Shown here one piece after another: positions 1 to 9,962 of a stretch of DNA of 64,000 bases (its first letter is position 1; every line of letters starts with the position of its first letter). The position numbers and the translations under genes are program-made. Source of the stretch: a virus; the IMG/VR virus record IMGVR_UViG_3300020469_000021, positions 32,001 to 96,000 of that record; one strand, 5' to 3'. A model generated the notes under the pieces. The model was not told the DNA's origin. It did not search any database and saw nothing but the letters and a program-made list of their open reading frames with translations.

Positions 1-48
1 TGACGATTAAAACACTTTCAGAACTCTAATACTTGTGTAATTATATTT

Positions 49-453
49 GTGAGTGATAAAAAATTAAAACACAAACATTTATTAGTGAACGCTACTTTTC
101 AAAACACGCCTTTTGTCTGTGTCGATTTTACTGAATCTTGGATCAAAATGCTGGTTAAAAAGATAGGCATGGAAATACTTTATGCGCCAAAAGCGGTAAT
201 CTGCGATAAAGAATACAACGAAGGCATAAGTGCATTTTGCCTTATTACAACTAGTCATATAAGTTTACATTCTTGGGAAAAATCTAATCCAAATTTAGTC
301 CAACTTGATGTTTATAGTTGTAAAAATTTCGATCAAAGCGTCATTTTAAATGAATTGAATAAATTTAATCCTTTATTTTTGGGTTGTAAATTTCTTGACA
401 GAGAAATAGAAAATACAAAAGGCTGGAGAATGTTTGGCGAAGATTTGGCATGA
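49..453 (+). CDS. speD: S-adenosylmethionine decarboxylase proenzyme
   Basis: GISAFCLITTSHISLHSW...LDVYSCKNF matches the AdoMetDC self-cleavage (xSH) and DVYSC motifs; 134 aa. Confidence 0.85.
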   Translation: MSDKKLKHKHLLVNATFQNTPFVCVDFTESWIKMLVKKIGMEILYAPKAVICDKEYNEGISAFCLITTSHISLHSWEKSNPNLVQLDVYSCKNFDQSVILNELNKFNPLFLGCKFLDREIENTKGWRMFGEDLA

Positions 454-1232
454 GAATATATTTCAGACATTATTCTGGGGCAATCATGGAATACGATTAT
501 CTTTTTTTTGACTGCATGGCTCGCGTTCCTGCGGAAGATGAGGATAAAGCATTAGTTGAAGGCTGGTTACCAGATGACTATTTTAACCCTAAAAATGATG
601 AAAAATCCCATTGGTATCAAGCTAGACAAACAAGAATATGCTTAAGTAAATTTCTAGATAGCAAAAGCAATAAAAAGACAAGAAAAAAATGCAAAAACAT
701 ATCAACTAAAGTCATTAGGGCGCAAGATGTGAATATGGATATCTTGAATTCTATTTTTGAGAAATATATAAAATATAGAAATTTTAAACCTTGGAAGCTT
801 GAACCCCTAATTGAGCTAGAAGTAGATCGTAAATTTTTTATAATATACTACGCTAACTCATCGGAAGGTGGTCTGCATAACCCAATAGCATTTACATATA
901 TGAGAGACGTAGGAAGTAATAGCGTATTTTCCACACAATTTGCTTGGGATTACGCAAACCCCAAATTATACCTTGGCAAATATGCGAACCTAGCAGAAAT
1001 AGACTACTGCATTAAAAACAATAAAGAATACATGTATGTAGGCGCAGGATACGAAAATTGTTGTGCATATAAAGCAGATTACGCGGGCTTTGAGTTCTGG
1101 ACAGGAGAAAAGTGGTCAGATGATTCGGATCACTACCGCTGGCTATGCGAACGCGACTCGAAGGTCGAAAAAACTAAAGATTTAGATAAAATAAAGAAGT
1201 ACGATGATAAAAATTTTTTTATAAATGATTGA
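450..1232 (+). CDS. Arginyl/leucyl-tRNA--protein transferase-like protein (ATE/Bpt family)
   Basis: C-terminal WDYANPKLYLGKYANLAEI...YMYVGAGYENCCAYKADY..FEFWTG.W resembles ATE_C; N-terminal TRICLSKF..SK..KK resembles ATE_N. Confidence 0.7.
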   Translation: MRIYFRHYSGAIMEYDYLFFDCMARVPAEDEDKALVEGWLPDDYFNPKNDEKSHWYQARQTRICLSKFLDSKSNKKTRKKCKNISTKVIRAQDVNMDILNSIFEKYIKYRNFKPWKLEPLIELEVDRKFFIIYYANSSEGGLHNPIAFTYMRDVGSNSVFSTQFAWDYANPKLYLGKYANLAEIDYCIKNNKEYMYVGAGYENCCAYKADYAGFEFWTGEKWSDDSDHYRWLCERDSKVEKTKDLDKIKKYDDKNFFIND

Positions 1233-1677
1233 GGATTACATAGAATATGTTTCACTAAAGAGAAAAGAGCTTGGCGGCCATGCAATTTGCCCTTTTGCAA
1301 AACCTTTTCTTGATAAAATTCAAATAATAGAATCGGCTGACATTTGGCAAGATGCGGTAAAGTGCATGAGCAATGAAGAACATCCAATGCTTTATTTATT
1401 GTATGCAGATAAAGATAAATATGATACAGATTGGCTAGATTGGTTTTGTTCCATTCATGAGAAATATTCTAGGAATAGAGATCTTTGGTTAATTTGGGAT
1501 CACCCCGACCAAATTAATAAAATTAATGGTATAAAAACCAGCAACAATGAATATGCAATTCTTTTCATACAACCTCTGTCGGAATTGAACAAATACGCAG
1601 ATCGATTAAGCAAGACAAATTACTATAGTTTTTGGGATAAAGACTATTACTTAAAAATTGTTAAAAATAGAAATTAA
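1225..1677 (+). CDS. Hypothetical protein, DUF1415-like
   Basis: ICPFAKP, DHPD and C-terminal L.KTNYYSFW motifs; overlaps the upstream gene. Confidence 0.45.
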   Translation: MIEDYIEYVSLKRKELGGHAICPFAKPFLDKIQIIESADIWQDAVKCMSNEEHPMLYLLYADKDKYDTDWLDWFCSIHEKYSRNRDLWLIWDHPDQINKINGIKTSNNEYAILFIQPLSELNKYADRLSKTNYYSFWDKDYYLKIVKNRN

Positions 1678-1717
1678 ATACTTTAATTTTTTATAAGTTT
1701 GTGTATAATAAATTGAT

Positions 1718-2386
1718 ATGAAAGAACTAGACTTTAGTCAAGAAATTAGGGCTCAGCTCAGAGATGCTGAAGGCACTGAAGAAGAATTAACGCAAGAAGC
1801 TTGGGCTGCCGAAGAAAATAAAGGCAAAAAACTTAACAAACCTTTTAGAACTCCCAAAGGCCCAAAGAAATTTTCTGTATATGTCAAAAATGAAAAAGGC
1901 AACGTAGTTAAAGTTAATTTTGGCGATCCAAACATGGAGATAAAACGTGATAGCCCTGAGCGCAGAAAAAGCTTCCGAGCTAGGCATAATTGTGACAATC
2001 CCGGCCCCAAAACTAAAGCTCGTTATTGGAGCTGTAAAATGTGGAGCAAAAATAGTGTAAAGAAAGTAACAAAAGGAGAAGAAGATCACGAAGATGAAAT
2101 GGTTGAATTTCTTGATGAGTCAGATGCTAAAGGCAAAGGCTTGTGGCATAACATTCGAGAAAAAAAGAAAAGGGAAGGCAAGAATTACAGACCTGCAAAA
2201 CCCGGAGACAAAGATTATCCAGATCCCAAATCTTTAAAAAAAGCTCAAGAATCCTCAAAGAAAAAGAAAAAGAAAGAGAAGTCTAAGGCTGAACACGAGG
2301 GAGGTTACCCACCTAATTGCAAACCGGGTTATATGGAAAAAGATGGGCAGTGCGTCCCTAAACCTTCTGCAGATAGCAAAAAGTAA
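1718..2386 (+). CDS. Lys-rich conserved phage protein
   Basis: KKFSVYVKN..GNVVKVNFGD...RRKSFRARHNCD...ARYWSC..W module typical of large phages; preceded by GTGTA motif. Confidence 0.6.
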   Translation: MKELDFSQEIRAQLRDAEGTEEELTQEAWAAEENKGKKLNKPFRTPKGPKKFSVYVKNEKGNVVKVNFGDPNMEIKRDSPERRKSFRARHNCDNPGPKTKARYWSCKMWSKNSVKKVTKGEEDHEDEMVEFLDESDAKGKGLWHNIREKKKREGKNYRPAKPGDKDYPDPKSLKKAQESSKKKKKKEKSKAEHEGGYPPNCKPGYMEKDGQCVPKPSADSKK

Positions 2387-2392
2387 ACTTTT

Positions 2393-2758
2393 GTGCAGAA
2401 AAAAAACACTATTTTTTGCGATATTGACGGCACTCTATTTAAGTATAGAAAATTTGAGACTTATTTAAGTTCCAAACCACAGCTTTTATTTGGGGTCAAA
2501 AAAAAATTAGATTATTGGCGCGAGTGCGGACATATGATTATATTAACTACCGCTCGTCCAGAATATTTGAGAGATCACACAATTCAAGAGCTTGCTGAAC
2601 ACAATCTTCCTTATGATAGGCTTATAATGGAAATTGAAAGAGGCCCAAGATTTTTAATCAATGATATGGATCCTGCAAAGCCCGGAGCTAGGGCAATAGG
2701 AATAGATCTTCAAAGAGATGAGGGTTTGGGTTCAATTCAGTGGCCTAAAGGTATGTAA
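2393..2758 (+). CDS. HAD-superfamily phosphatase
   Basis: IFCDIDGTL (motif I), ILTTARP (motif II), LINDMD. Confidence 0.75.
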   Translation: MQKKNTIFCDIDGTLFKYRKFETYLSSKPQLLFGVKKKLDYWRECGHMIILTTARPEYLRDHTIQELAEHNLPYDRLIMEIERGPRFLINDMDPAKPGARAIGIDLQRDEGLGSIQWPKGM

Positions 2759-2837
2759 TCTCTTAAATTACTTTTTTGTGTAAATATCTCCGATTATATT
2801 TTATAATAAATTATATTAACATTTAATTAAATTTAAA

Positions 2838-2975
2838 ATGACAGACAAATCTAAATCTAAAACAAAAACAGAAGCTCCCGCAGAGGAAGTGAAAGTTACT
2901 TCTCCAGAAGCTGGAGTCCAAAAGCCTGTTTCTACGCCTGCAAAAGGGCAAAGACTTAAAGGTCGCTGGGTTTAA
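2838..2975 (+). CDS. Small hypothetical protein (45 aa, not in ORF track)
   Basis: ATG..TAA ORF MTDKSKSKTK...GRWV fills the intergenic gap downstream of a GTGTA motif. Confidence 0.45.
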   Translation: MTDKSKSKTKTEAPAEEVKVTSPEAGVQKPVSTPAKGQRLKGRWV

Positions 2976-3029
2976 GAACACAATATATTATCCTTGACTT
3001 TTTTCTTGGATTGTGTTAATATAGTTTAT

Positions 3030-3272
3030 ATGACTATAGCTGTTTCTGTTTGTGAAGAATTCTCTAGCGACATTTGTGTGTCGACTATTATGTATCAAGC
3101 CGAAAGCGACGCTCAAACTCAATGCGAAGAGATTAAATGTAAGCTAGGCATCAGCTATTTGACTGCGTTAATAGAAAGAATGGCTCAAATTGGCTATTGC
3201 TGCACTCAGGTTCAAAAAGATTTGCGGCTTGATAGTTGCACAGTTTGGTTCGAACCGATTAGTATAAAATGA
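3030..3272 (+). CDS. Hypothetical protein (start corrected to MTIAV)
   Basis: The TTG at 2994 is the -35 box (TTGACT); ATG lies 7 nt after TAATAT. Confidence 0.5.
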   Translation: MTIAVSVCEEFSSDICVSTIMYQAESDAQTQCEEIKCKLGISYLTALIERMAQIGYCCTQVQKDLRLDSCTVWFEPISIK

Positions 3273-3463
3273 AATCAAAACCTAAACAAAAAAAATCAGA
3301 GAAACAAATTGTTAGAGATTTTAACAGTAAATATAATACTCAGGCAGGAAAAGGAGACCAACCTCGAAACATTTTTTCGGAGCAGTACAGGGAAAATTTT
3401 GATTCAATCTTTTGCAAAAATTCAAAAACCAAAAAAAATATTCGACATAGGAATAAGTTATAG
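3269..3463 (+). CDS. Small basic hypothetical protein
   Basis: AGKGD.PRN..S..YRENFD.IF motif; translationally coupled to upstream gene. Confidence 0.55.
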   Translation: MKSKPKQKKSEKQIVRDFNSKYNTQAGKGDQPRNIFSEQYRENFDSIFCKNSKTKKNIRHRNKL

Positions 3464-3636
3464 TGGACGATAGACAAAAGAAATATGCCCTAACAGAATC
3501 GGGAAAAAAAGCTCTTACGCGCGCGCGTAAGAAATATGATGAAGAAAATTTAGAAAAACGGAGGCAGCAAAAACGAGACTATATGCGAAAAAAAAGACTT
3601 GAAAATCCAAGTTATTGTAAGTGGAAATAAACATTA

Positions 3637-4557
3637 ATGAAGTTTTTTATTTACAAGGAAAATTTAAATTTCTGCGCAGAAAATGCCGCCCAAAAATATG
3701 CAAAAGAGATTATTGAAGCTTTAAAAAACACGACCCACGAAGAAACTTTAGACCCACTAGAAGCAAAAGTTTTTTTTACAAATATTTCTAACGAAAGAAA
3801 TTATGAAAAATTTACCTCTTCAGGTTTTGGAGAATTAAAGCCGATCAATTATTTAAAAATTTGCCAAAAAGTTGTTTCATCAAAATATTTAGAACTTGGC
3901 CCGCATTTCACTTTTTTTCATCGGCTAGATAACAAAGATTATTACCCCGTATTAAACCACAAAAATGTAGTCAATATCCCTTATCATAATCCAAATTTTC
4001 AGCCTCTTAAGGATTTTATCATATCTCCCCCTGCGATAAAAAAAGTTTCTTTTAATGATAGTCTACTAAAGCGTTTTCTGCTTTCTTTTAAAGGCCACTG
4101 GGGAATAAGAAGTATTAAAGGGCGAGATCACAGGTGGGGCTGTCTAGATAAAATCTCTAAGTTAAATAACGATCACATTATAATTATAGATAGCAAAGAT
4201 GACCGACATAATTATATTGATTTAATGAGTAATTCTCTCTTTTCTTTAATTACCGAGGGAGATGAACCTTGGTCCTACAGATTAAGCGAAGCTATATGTG
4301 CTGGATCAATTCCTGTGTTATTGGAAAAAGATTGGCACAACCTTCCATATAGTAACATCATAAATTATGATAATTTTATTATAAAAATAAATTATTTAAA
4401 TCCAGAAATGGTATACAGTGCAATTATGAACTGTTCTCTGGAAGAGATATCTACAAAAATTAAATACATGAAATCGATTAGACATTTATTTTCGTCAAGA
4501 AGAGATCAAATGCAATTGCTCTTAGATTTTTATGAAAAATATCAAGATAATGCTTGA
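3637..4557 (+). CDS. Exostosin-family (GT47) glycosyltransferase
   Basis: LLSFKG...YIDLMSNSLFSLITEGDEPWSYRLSEAICAGSIPVLL....LPY matches the exostosin C-terminal motif. Confidence 0.75.
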   Translation: MKFFIYKENLNFCAENAAQKYAKEIIEALKNTTHEETLDPLEAKVFFTNISNERNYEKFTSSGFGELKPINYLKICQKVVSSKYLELGPHFTFFHRLDNKDYYPVLNHKNVVNIPYHNPNFQPLKDFIISPPAIKKVSFNDSLLKRFLLSFKGHWGIRSIKGRDHRWGCLDKISKLNNDHIIIIDSKDDRHNYIDLMSNSLFSLITEGDEPWSYRLSEAICAGSIPVLLEKDWHNLPYSNIINYDNFIIKINYLNPEMVYSAIMNCSLEEISTKIKYMKSIRHLFSSRRDQMQLLLDFYEKYQDNA

Positions 4558-4599
4558 CAGAAGATTGTTTTTTTGTTAATCTTTTACTAAATAGTAAAA

Positions 4600-5424
4600 A
4601 TGATATTAGTAACTGGCCATAAAGGATATATAGGGAGTCACCTATACAAAAAAGTTAAAATGCTAGGTAAACCTGTAGTAGGAATTGACTTAAAAGATGG
4701 AGAAGATTTGAATGAACGATTGCCTGATGGCGATTTTGATTTTGTATTTCATTTTGCGGCGCTTCCTAGAGTTGAAATGTCTGTGGAATCACCGAGCTAT
4801 ACTTTAAAGCAAAATGTTCTATCTACTTCTAGACTTCTAGAGTGGAGTAAAGACCATGGGGTAAAAAGGTTTATTTTTTCTTCTTCTTCTGCAATCATGG
4901 GGCATGGAGACGGAGTTCCCTTATCTCCCTACGGACTACATAAACGAATGTCAGAGATGGAGTGTGAGCTTTATTCTCGCATATATGATCTTGACACAGT
5001 TTGCTTGAGATATTTTAACGCGTATTCTGAAGATCAGCCATATGGAGGAGCTTATACTACTGCAATTGCAGCTTGGATGGAAAAAATAAGGAGTTGTGAT
5101 CAATTAAGAATGGACGGAGACGGAGAACAGACCAGAGACTTAGTTCATGTTGAGGATATTGTATCTGCTAATATTTTTGTGATGAACAGTGAGCAAAAAT
5201 TTAATGGAAAATATTTCAATGTCGGATCTGGAGAAGCTGTATCAATGAACTATATCAAAAACTATATTGACGAGTACAATAAAGGCGTTTCTTGGAAATA
5301 TGCTTTAGCGAGAAAAGGTGATGCGAGAAATACTCTTGCAGACATATCAGAACTAAAAGCTTTAGGATGGGAACCAAAGGTAAGTATTGAAGAAGGGTTA
5401 AAGAGGTGTTTTAATGCGAGTTAG
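4600..5424 (+). CDS. NAD-dependent epimerase/dehydratase
   Basis: VTGHKGYIGS, FSSSS, YGLHK (YxxxK), LRYFNAY, GEQTRDLVHVED. Confidence 0.9.
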   Translation: MILVTGHKGYIGSHLYKKVKMLGKPVVGIDLKDGEDLNERLPDGDFDFVFHFAALPRVEMSVESPSYTLKQNVLSTSRLLEWSKDHGVKRFIFSSSSAIMGHGDGVPLSPYGLHKRMSEMECELYSRIYDLDTVCLRYFNAYSEDQPYGGAYTTAIAAWMEKIRSCDQLRMDGDGEQTRDLVHVEDIVSANIFVMNSEQKFNGKYFNVGSGEAVSMNYIKNYIDEYNKGVSWKYALARKGDARNTLADISELKALGWEPKVSIEEGLKRCFNAS

Positions 5425-5617
5425 ACAGCGTAGAGAGCCTACCCCATGCGAGCAGTACTCAGTTAATATTAACAAAGAAGATTTGATTAATATCTATGTT
5501 AAAGAATGGGTATTGAAATGGTGCAAGAAATATCACCCAGAAGCTTTTGATGAAGCAGAAAAATTTGTCAAAAATAATCTTGACAATTAAATTTTTTTGT
5601 GCTAATATTTAAGAATA

Positions 5618-5899
5618 GTGAAAATTAAAAGATCTTTAAAATACGCAAAATTTGAATGGGATGATGAAAATAAAACATTCACCATCACCCAAGCAGACGG
5701 CAGTAAAGTTTGCTTAAATAAAGTTTACGCTTTTTCTTTCATGCGCTTTGTTACAAGTATGGCGCAGAGGAATTGGTTTCGCAAGACAGAAAAAACCCAA
5801 ATAAAACAAAATCATTTAAATAGCTTAGCCGAAAGCGGTCAATTCGTTTTTGATGAAGCTTTAAACGTTAATCAAATATTAGAAAACAATGAAGGCTAA
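5618..5899 (+). CDS. Hypothetical protein
   Basis: ORF after TTGACA-17-TAATAT promoter at 5580. Confidence 0.55.
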   Translation: MKIKRSLKYAKFEWDDENKTFTITQADGSKVCLNKVYAFSFMRFVTSMAQRNWFRKTEKTQIKQNHLNSLAESGQFVFDEALNVNQILENNEG

Positions 5900-7025
5900 A
5901 GTTAAAACCACCAATAAAATTAATTCAAATTCAAAAATGATTACAGAAGCCGCAAGAAAACAATCTTCACCATATTTTGAAATGGTAGACGGCAATCTTA
6001 AGCCTGTTCACCGCTTTATATCTTCTTATTATGACCCAGTGCCTGTCTATGTTAATATTAATGGCGAAGAAGCGAAGCATATTTTAGAATATTTCAATGG
6101 TTCCAACCGAATCCTTAGAAAAGCTTTTATAGAAGGACATGCTAGGGCAATGGAGAGAGGGGAATGGAAGTCTGGAAACGATTGTTTAATGTTTACTGAA
6201 GACGGAACTCGTATTAATGGGGAGCACAGACTTACAGCGCTCGTTTTATATGCAGAACGAATGAACCCTAATAATCTTGCTGAAACTTCAGTCCCCTTTC
6301 TTGTTTTGACAGGTCAACCGCCAGAAATGGCAGATATCGTAGATGGTGGGGCGTCAAGATCCCTAGTAGACACCGCAGTTATTAATGGGACTATCAAGAA
6401 AGGGGATACAGTCAGCGCAAAAGCGCTTAAACTTATATATAATTCATTTATAAAAACTAATAGTGGAGAAGGCTTCAATAAGGGCTTATGCACCAAAAAA
6501 GAAGCCCAAGAAATTATGGAAAGAGATTTTCCGTCAGAGCCAAGTAAAACTTATGGTCAAGTAGCGAGAGAAGCGGTTGATATCATAAACCATCAAGACA
6601 AAACGAGACCTCTTTTTGATGGACATCATGTGGCTCTTTTCCAATATATGGAATACTATCCCGAGCAAGCGAAAACTCTCTGGCAAATGCTTACTTCGGA
6701 CGCTGACGGTCTTATCGATCTTCAAAAAGAAGGGGTCAATATTGCAATGCAAGGAGAAGATTGCCCAGATGAAAATGTTGTAGTAGGTAAATTTCGAGAA
6801 GTGTCAAGAGTAAGATATTCTGATAAAATCAAGAGAAAACGAGGGTCAAAATCTCACGGTGGCGGAGCTTTTAGCGGGTTTTATCGAGAAATGTTGTTTG
6901 TTATACAGTGCTATCACAATAAAACTCGAGTATCGCGCCTTAGAGAAAGGTGCTTAGTCACAGAGCAAGAATACAAAGAAAGAGGAAAGGCTAAGACAAA
7001 CTTTCATTGGGGGCTTTTGAAATAA
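5889..7025 (+). CDS. ParB/Srx-like N-terminal domain protein
   Basis: NR.L...M.RGEW...G.RINGEHRLTAL...D.G..RS motif series. Confidence 0.55.
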   Translation: MKAKVKTTNKINSNSKMITEAARKQSSPYFEMVDGNLKPVHRFISSYYDPVPVYVNINGEEAKHILEYFNGSNRILRKAFIEGHARAMERGEWKSGNDCLMFTEDGTRINGEHRLTALVLYAERMNPNNLAETSVPFLVLTGQPPEMADIVDGGASRSLVDTAVINGTIKKGDTVSAKALKLIYNSFIKTNSGEGFNKGLCTKKEAQEIMERDFPSEPSKTYGQVAREAVDIINHQDKTRPLFDGHHVALFQYMEYYPEQAKTLWQMLTSDADGLIDLQKEGVNIAMQGEDCPDENVVVGKFREVSRVRYSDKIKRKRGSKSHGGGAFSGFYREMLFVIQCYHNKTRVSRLRERCLVTEQEYKERGKAKTNFHWGLLK

Positions 7026-7029
7026 TTTT

Positions 7030-7311
7030 ATGAAAAGCATTAAAGCATCATTCGTTACAGGTTCTAGAGAAAAACTAATTGGTCAAACAGAAGAATTTAT
7101 TTCTACCCCAACTAGCCAATCCAAATTAGCATTAAATAGCGAAGACATCGTTTTTGCGACAGATTTTTTAGAATTTTTTTACAAGGACAGTGATTCTCCT
7201 GTAGAAGAAGGCGATCCCATAGGTTTTGAAATGGATATTGGTAAAGAGGTAGAACTAGTTCTTTTTGACAATATCTACTGGAATCCTCAATATGATGAAT
7301 ACGAGGTTTGA
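7030..7311 (+). CDS. Acidic hypothetical protein
   Basis: Tightly packed + strand ORF. Confidence 0.5.
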   Translation: MKSIKASFVTGSREKLIGQTEEFISTPTSQSKLALNSEDIVFATDFLEFFYKDSDSPVEEGDPIGFEMDIGKEVELVLFDNIYWNPQYDEYEV

Positions 7312-7322
7312 AATTCACTTAA

Positions 7323-7736
7323 ATGGGATTTACTTTAGTTACCGCAGAGAGCCAAGAAGAGTTTAATATAAACTTTTTTGAGTGGAGGCCTTTACTCTTA
7401 TTAGGAGAAGCTTATGGATGGAATCCTGCTGGGACTCTTATGGATGTAGATGAATCTTGGGATGGCTCTTATCTTAGCAATGATGGCCAAAAAATAACTG
7501 AAGAAGATTCTGAAAAACTAGCAAAGGCCATCGAAGTTGCCTATGAAGACGTTCCTGCCGAACAAATTACAGATTTTTTTAAACATTTCGGAGAAACTGA
7601 TGACGGCTATGAAGATTACTACGATGCGCTTCATAATAAAGACCACAATACATTAATGATGCACTTTAGCGGTAATAAAACTTTTTTGTCAAAATTTATA
7701 ATTTTCCTAAAAAAAGGAGAAATTTTCATTCATTAA
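7323..7736 (+). CDS. Hypothetical protein
   Basis: W..LL.L...YGW.P.GT...W.GSY.SNDGQ motif. Confidence 0.6.
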   Translation: MGFTLVTAESQEEFNINFFEWRPLLLLGEAYGWNPAGTLMDVDESWDGSYLSNDGQKITEEDSEKLAKAIEVAYEDVPAEQITDFFKHFGETDDGYEDYYDALHNKDHNTLMMHFSGNKTFLSKFIIFLKKGEIFIH

Positions 7737-7739
7737 TTT

Positions 7740-8270
7740 ATGACGAAATTAGCTGAAAATTGCTATTTCAAAAATATGTCTGATAATCAGGCTAAGATAA
7801 AAAATTTTGTATCCTCAATACATTATTACTCTGATGAAGTTGGTGATATCCTACAAGAGACTAACCTTACTCTTCTCAAAAAACGTGACGATTTTGATAG
7901 TTCGAGAGACTTTTTGCCTTGGGCTTTTTCTATAGCTCGCTTTACGCTCATGGCTTTTAAAAAAAAGAGAGCTAGGCATTTAAGTAAAGTTTCTTACGGA
8001 GCAGAATCTCTTTATGAATTTCTCGTAGATGAAAATGTCGGAGATAAAGTTTTGCACGAAATAGAACAGGAAAGAATCTATTTAATACAAATAATCAGAT
8101 CCAAACTTGGCTCAAAATATTTAATCTTTTTCGATAAAATGCTTGATGGTAAAAGCCCCAAACAAATGTCAAAAGAAACCGGCTATTCGATGCGGGATAT
8201 ATATAGTTATAGGCGCAGGACTGTTAATAAAGCTAAAAAAATTCTGAGTAAATACAATGAATCCAAATAA
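7740..8270 (+). CDS. ECF-type sigma-70 factor
   Basis: Region 2 [31 protein letters not shown]; region 4 [17 protein letters not shown]. Confidence 0.8.
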   Translation: MTKLAENCYFKNMSDNQAKIKNFVSSIHYYSDEVGDILQETNLTLLKKRDDFDSSRDFLPWAFSIARFTLMAFKKKRARHLSKVSYGAESLYEFLVDENVGDKVLHEIEQERIYLIQIIRSKLGSKYLIFFDKMLDGKSPKQMSKETGYSMRDIYSYRRRTVNKAKKILSKYNESK

Positions 8271-8541
8271 AAAAAATCAAGGAATGGTAGAAGTTGAAGG
8301 TAAAATAACAGCAGTTTTACCAAGTACCATGTTTCGCGCAGAGCTCGAAAATGGCCACGAAGTTTTAGCTCATATATCTGGAAAACTCAGAAAACATTTT
8401 ATTAAAATTACCGTTGGTGATATTGTCAAAATGGAAATGAGTCCGTTAGATTTAAGCAAGGCCAGAATTACATACAGGCTTAAAAATTCTTCTTCAAATA
8501 AGCAAGCCCCTAAAAGAAGTTTCGGCCCCAAAAAAAGATAA
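8257..8541 (+). CDS. infA: Translation initiation factor IF-1
   Basis: [54 protein letters not shown]. Confidence 0.95.
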   Translation: MNPNKKNQGMVEVEGKITAVLPSTMFRAELENGHEVLAHISGKLRKHFIKITVGDIVKMEMSPLDLSKARITYRLKNSSSNKQAPKRSFGPKKR

Positions 8542-8542
8542 A

Positions 8543-9403
8543 ATGATTCCAAAAATTATTCATCAAAGTCAAAAAAACGAAGACTCGATAACTCAAGAGG
8601 AAAATTGTTATCGCAAACTTTTGCAAGAAAAAAATGCTGGTTTTGAATATAAGTTCTGGTCAGACGAAGATAATTTTAATTTAATTAAAGATCACTACAA
8701 CTGGTTTCTCCCCACATATAATTCTTATAAATGGCCAGTGCAAAAAGCTGATGCTTGTAGATATTTTTACTTACATCGCTATGGAGGAATTTATTTAGAC
8801 TTAGATATGGAGCCAATTCAGCCTATTGCTAAAATGATCAATTTTCTAGACAAAGGAGTCATTCAACCACTCGATAGATCTGGCGCAGGAGCTAAATCAG
8901 TATTTCTTTTTGAAGAATATCCTAATGCTTTTTTTATGCAAAAAACAATTTTTAACGGAGCTATGGTTTCTTCAAAAGGCGATCCATTTTGGCCTTTCGT
9001 TCATTTTTATTTGCAAGCTTACCAATTTTTGCAAGAAAAAAAATTAAACGCAAACTCCCATGTTAACTCAAAGACCCAGAATGTATTAAGAACTACAGGC
9101 CCAAGATTCTTAAGAGAAGCGTATGTAAAATATAAAAACGTGACAGAAGGCTTACCAACTGGCAATGGAGTTAATGTATTCCCTTGGTTTTGCATTAATC
9201 TACCTAGAGTTCCAAGTGTTGATAAAGAAAATCCTTGGGTAGTTTACGATAGTTTTCATCCAAAAAATTTAAGTAAAGTTGATAACGACAATCCAGCTTC
9301 TTCAGTTTGGTCAAGATTTTTACCCTTTACTGCCAAAGCAGAAGATTACCCAAATACTTTTTTTATCCACCAAAGCCTACAGACATGGCATAAAGATTTA
9401 TGA
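8543..9403 (+). CDS. DXD glycosyltransferase (GT32/Och1-like)
   Basis: MIPKIIHQ, YKFWSDED, KADACRYFYLHRYGGIYLDLD, TTGPRFL. Confidence 0.88.
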   Translation: MIPKIIHQSQKNEDSITQEENCYRKLLQEKNAGFEYKFWSDEDNFNLIKDHYNWFLPTYNSYKWPVQKADACRYFYLHRYGGIYLDLDMEPIQPIAKMINFLDKGVIQPLDRSGAGAKSVFLFEEYPNAFFMQKTIFNGAMVSSKGDPFWPFVHFYLQAYQFLQEKKLNANSHVNSKTQNVLRTTGPRFLREAYVKYKNVTEGLPTGNGVNVFPWFCINLPRVPSVDKENPWVVYDSFHPKNLSKVDNDNPASSVWSRFLPFTAKAEDYPNTFFIHQSLQTWHKDL

Positions 9404-9960
9404 TTGAAATACCATTTAGCCCTACAATGATTGCAGAGGCAAAAAAAAAGGCAGAAGAACTTGGAGAAATAAATAATTCAATAACTAAAGGTGGGGGCAA
9501 TAGAGCTGGCTATTTAGGAGAATTTTCAATTGCAAAACATATTAAGGCAAATAATGTTAGTTGCGAACTTGGTAGATCCAAATATAACAGAGATTTAATA
9601 AAATACAAAGGCTCTACGGAGATTGACCTTGAGGTAAAGACTAAGCGCAGGACTGCCAACCCTAAGTCTTATTACGATGCTTCTATAGCAGACACAAGCA
9701 AGCACCAACAACCTAATTATTACTTATTTTTGAGCATAACTTTTCAACGCTCAACAAAAGAGCATCCTAGACAGTATTACAATCCATTAAGCGTATGGTT
9801 TTGTGGTTTTATGGAAAGAGATGAGTATTTTAAAAAAGCTAAACTATGGAAGAAAGGAGATGTGGATAATAGCAATGACTTTACCACGAAAGTAGACATG
9901 TATAATCTTCCTTATTCTGAATTAATTCATCCAAAAGAATTTTTTAATATATTTAAATAA
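9400..9960 (+). CDS. PD-(D/E)XK nuclease-fold protein
   Basis: GYLGE...RDL...IDLEVKTK. Confidence 0.55.
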   Translation: MIEIPFSPTMIAEAKKKAEELGEINNSITKGGGNRAGYLGEFSIAKHIKANNVSCELGRSKYNRDLIKYKGSTEIDLEVKTKRRTANPKSYYDASIADTSKHQQPNYYLFLSITFQRSTKEHPRQYYNPLSVWFCGFMERDEYFKKAKLWKKGDVDNSNDFTTKVDMYNLPYSELIHPKEFFNIFK

Positions 9961-9962
9961 AT

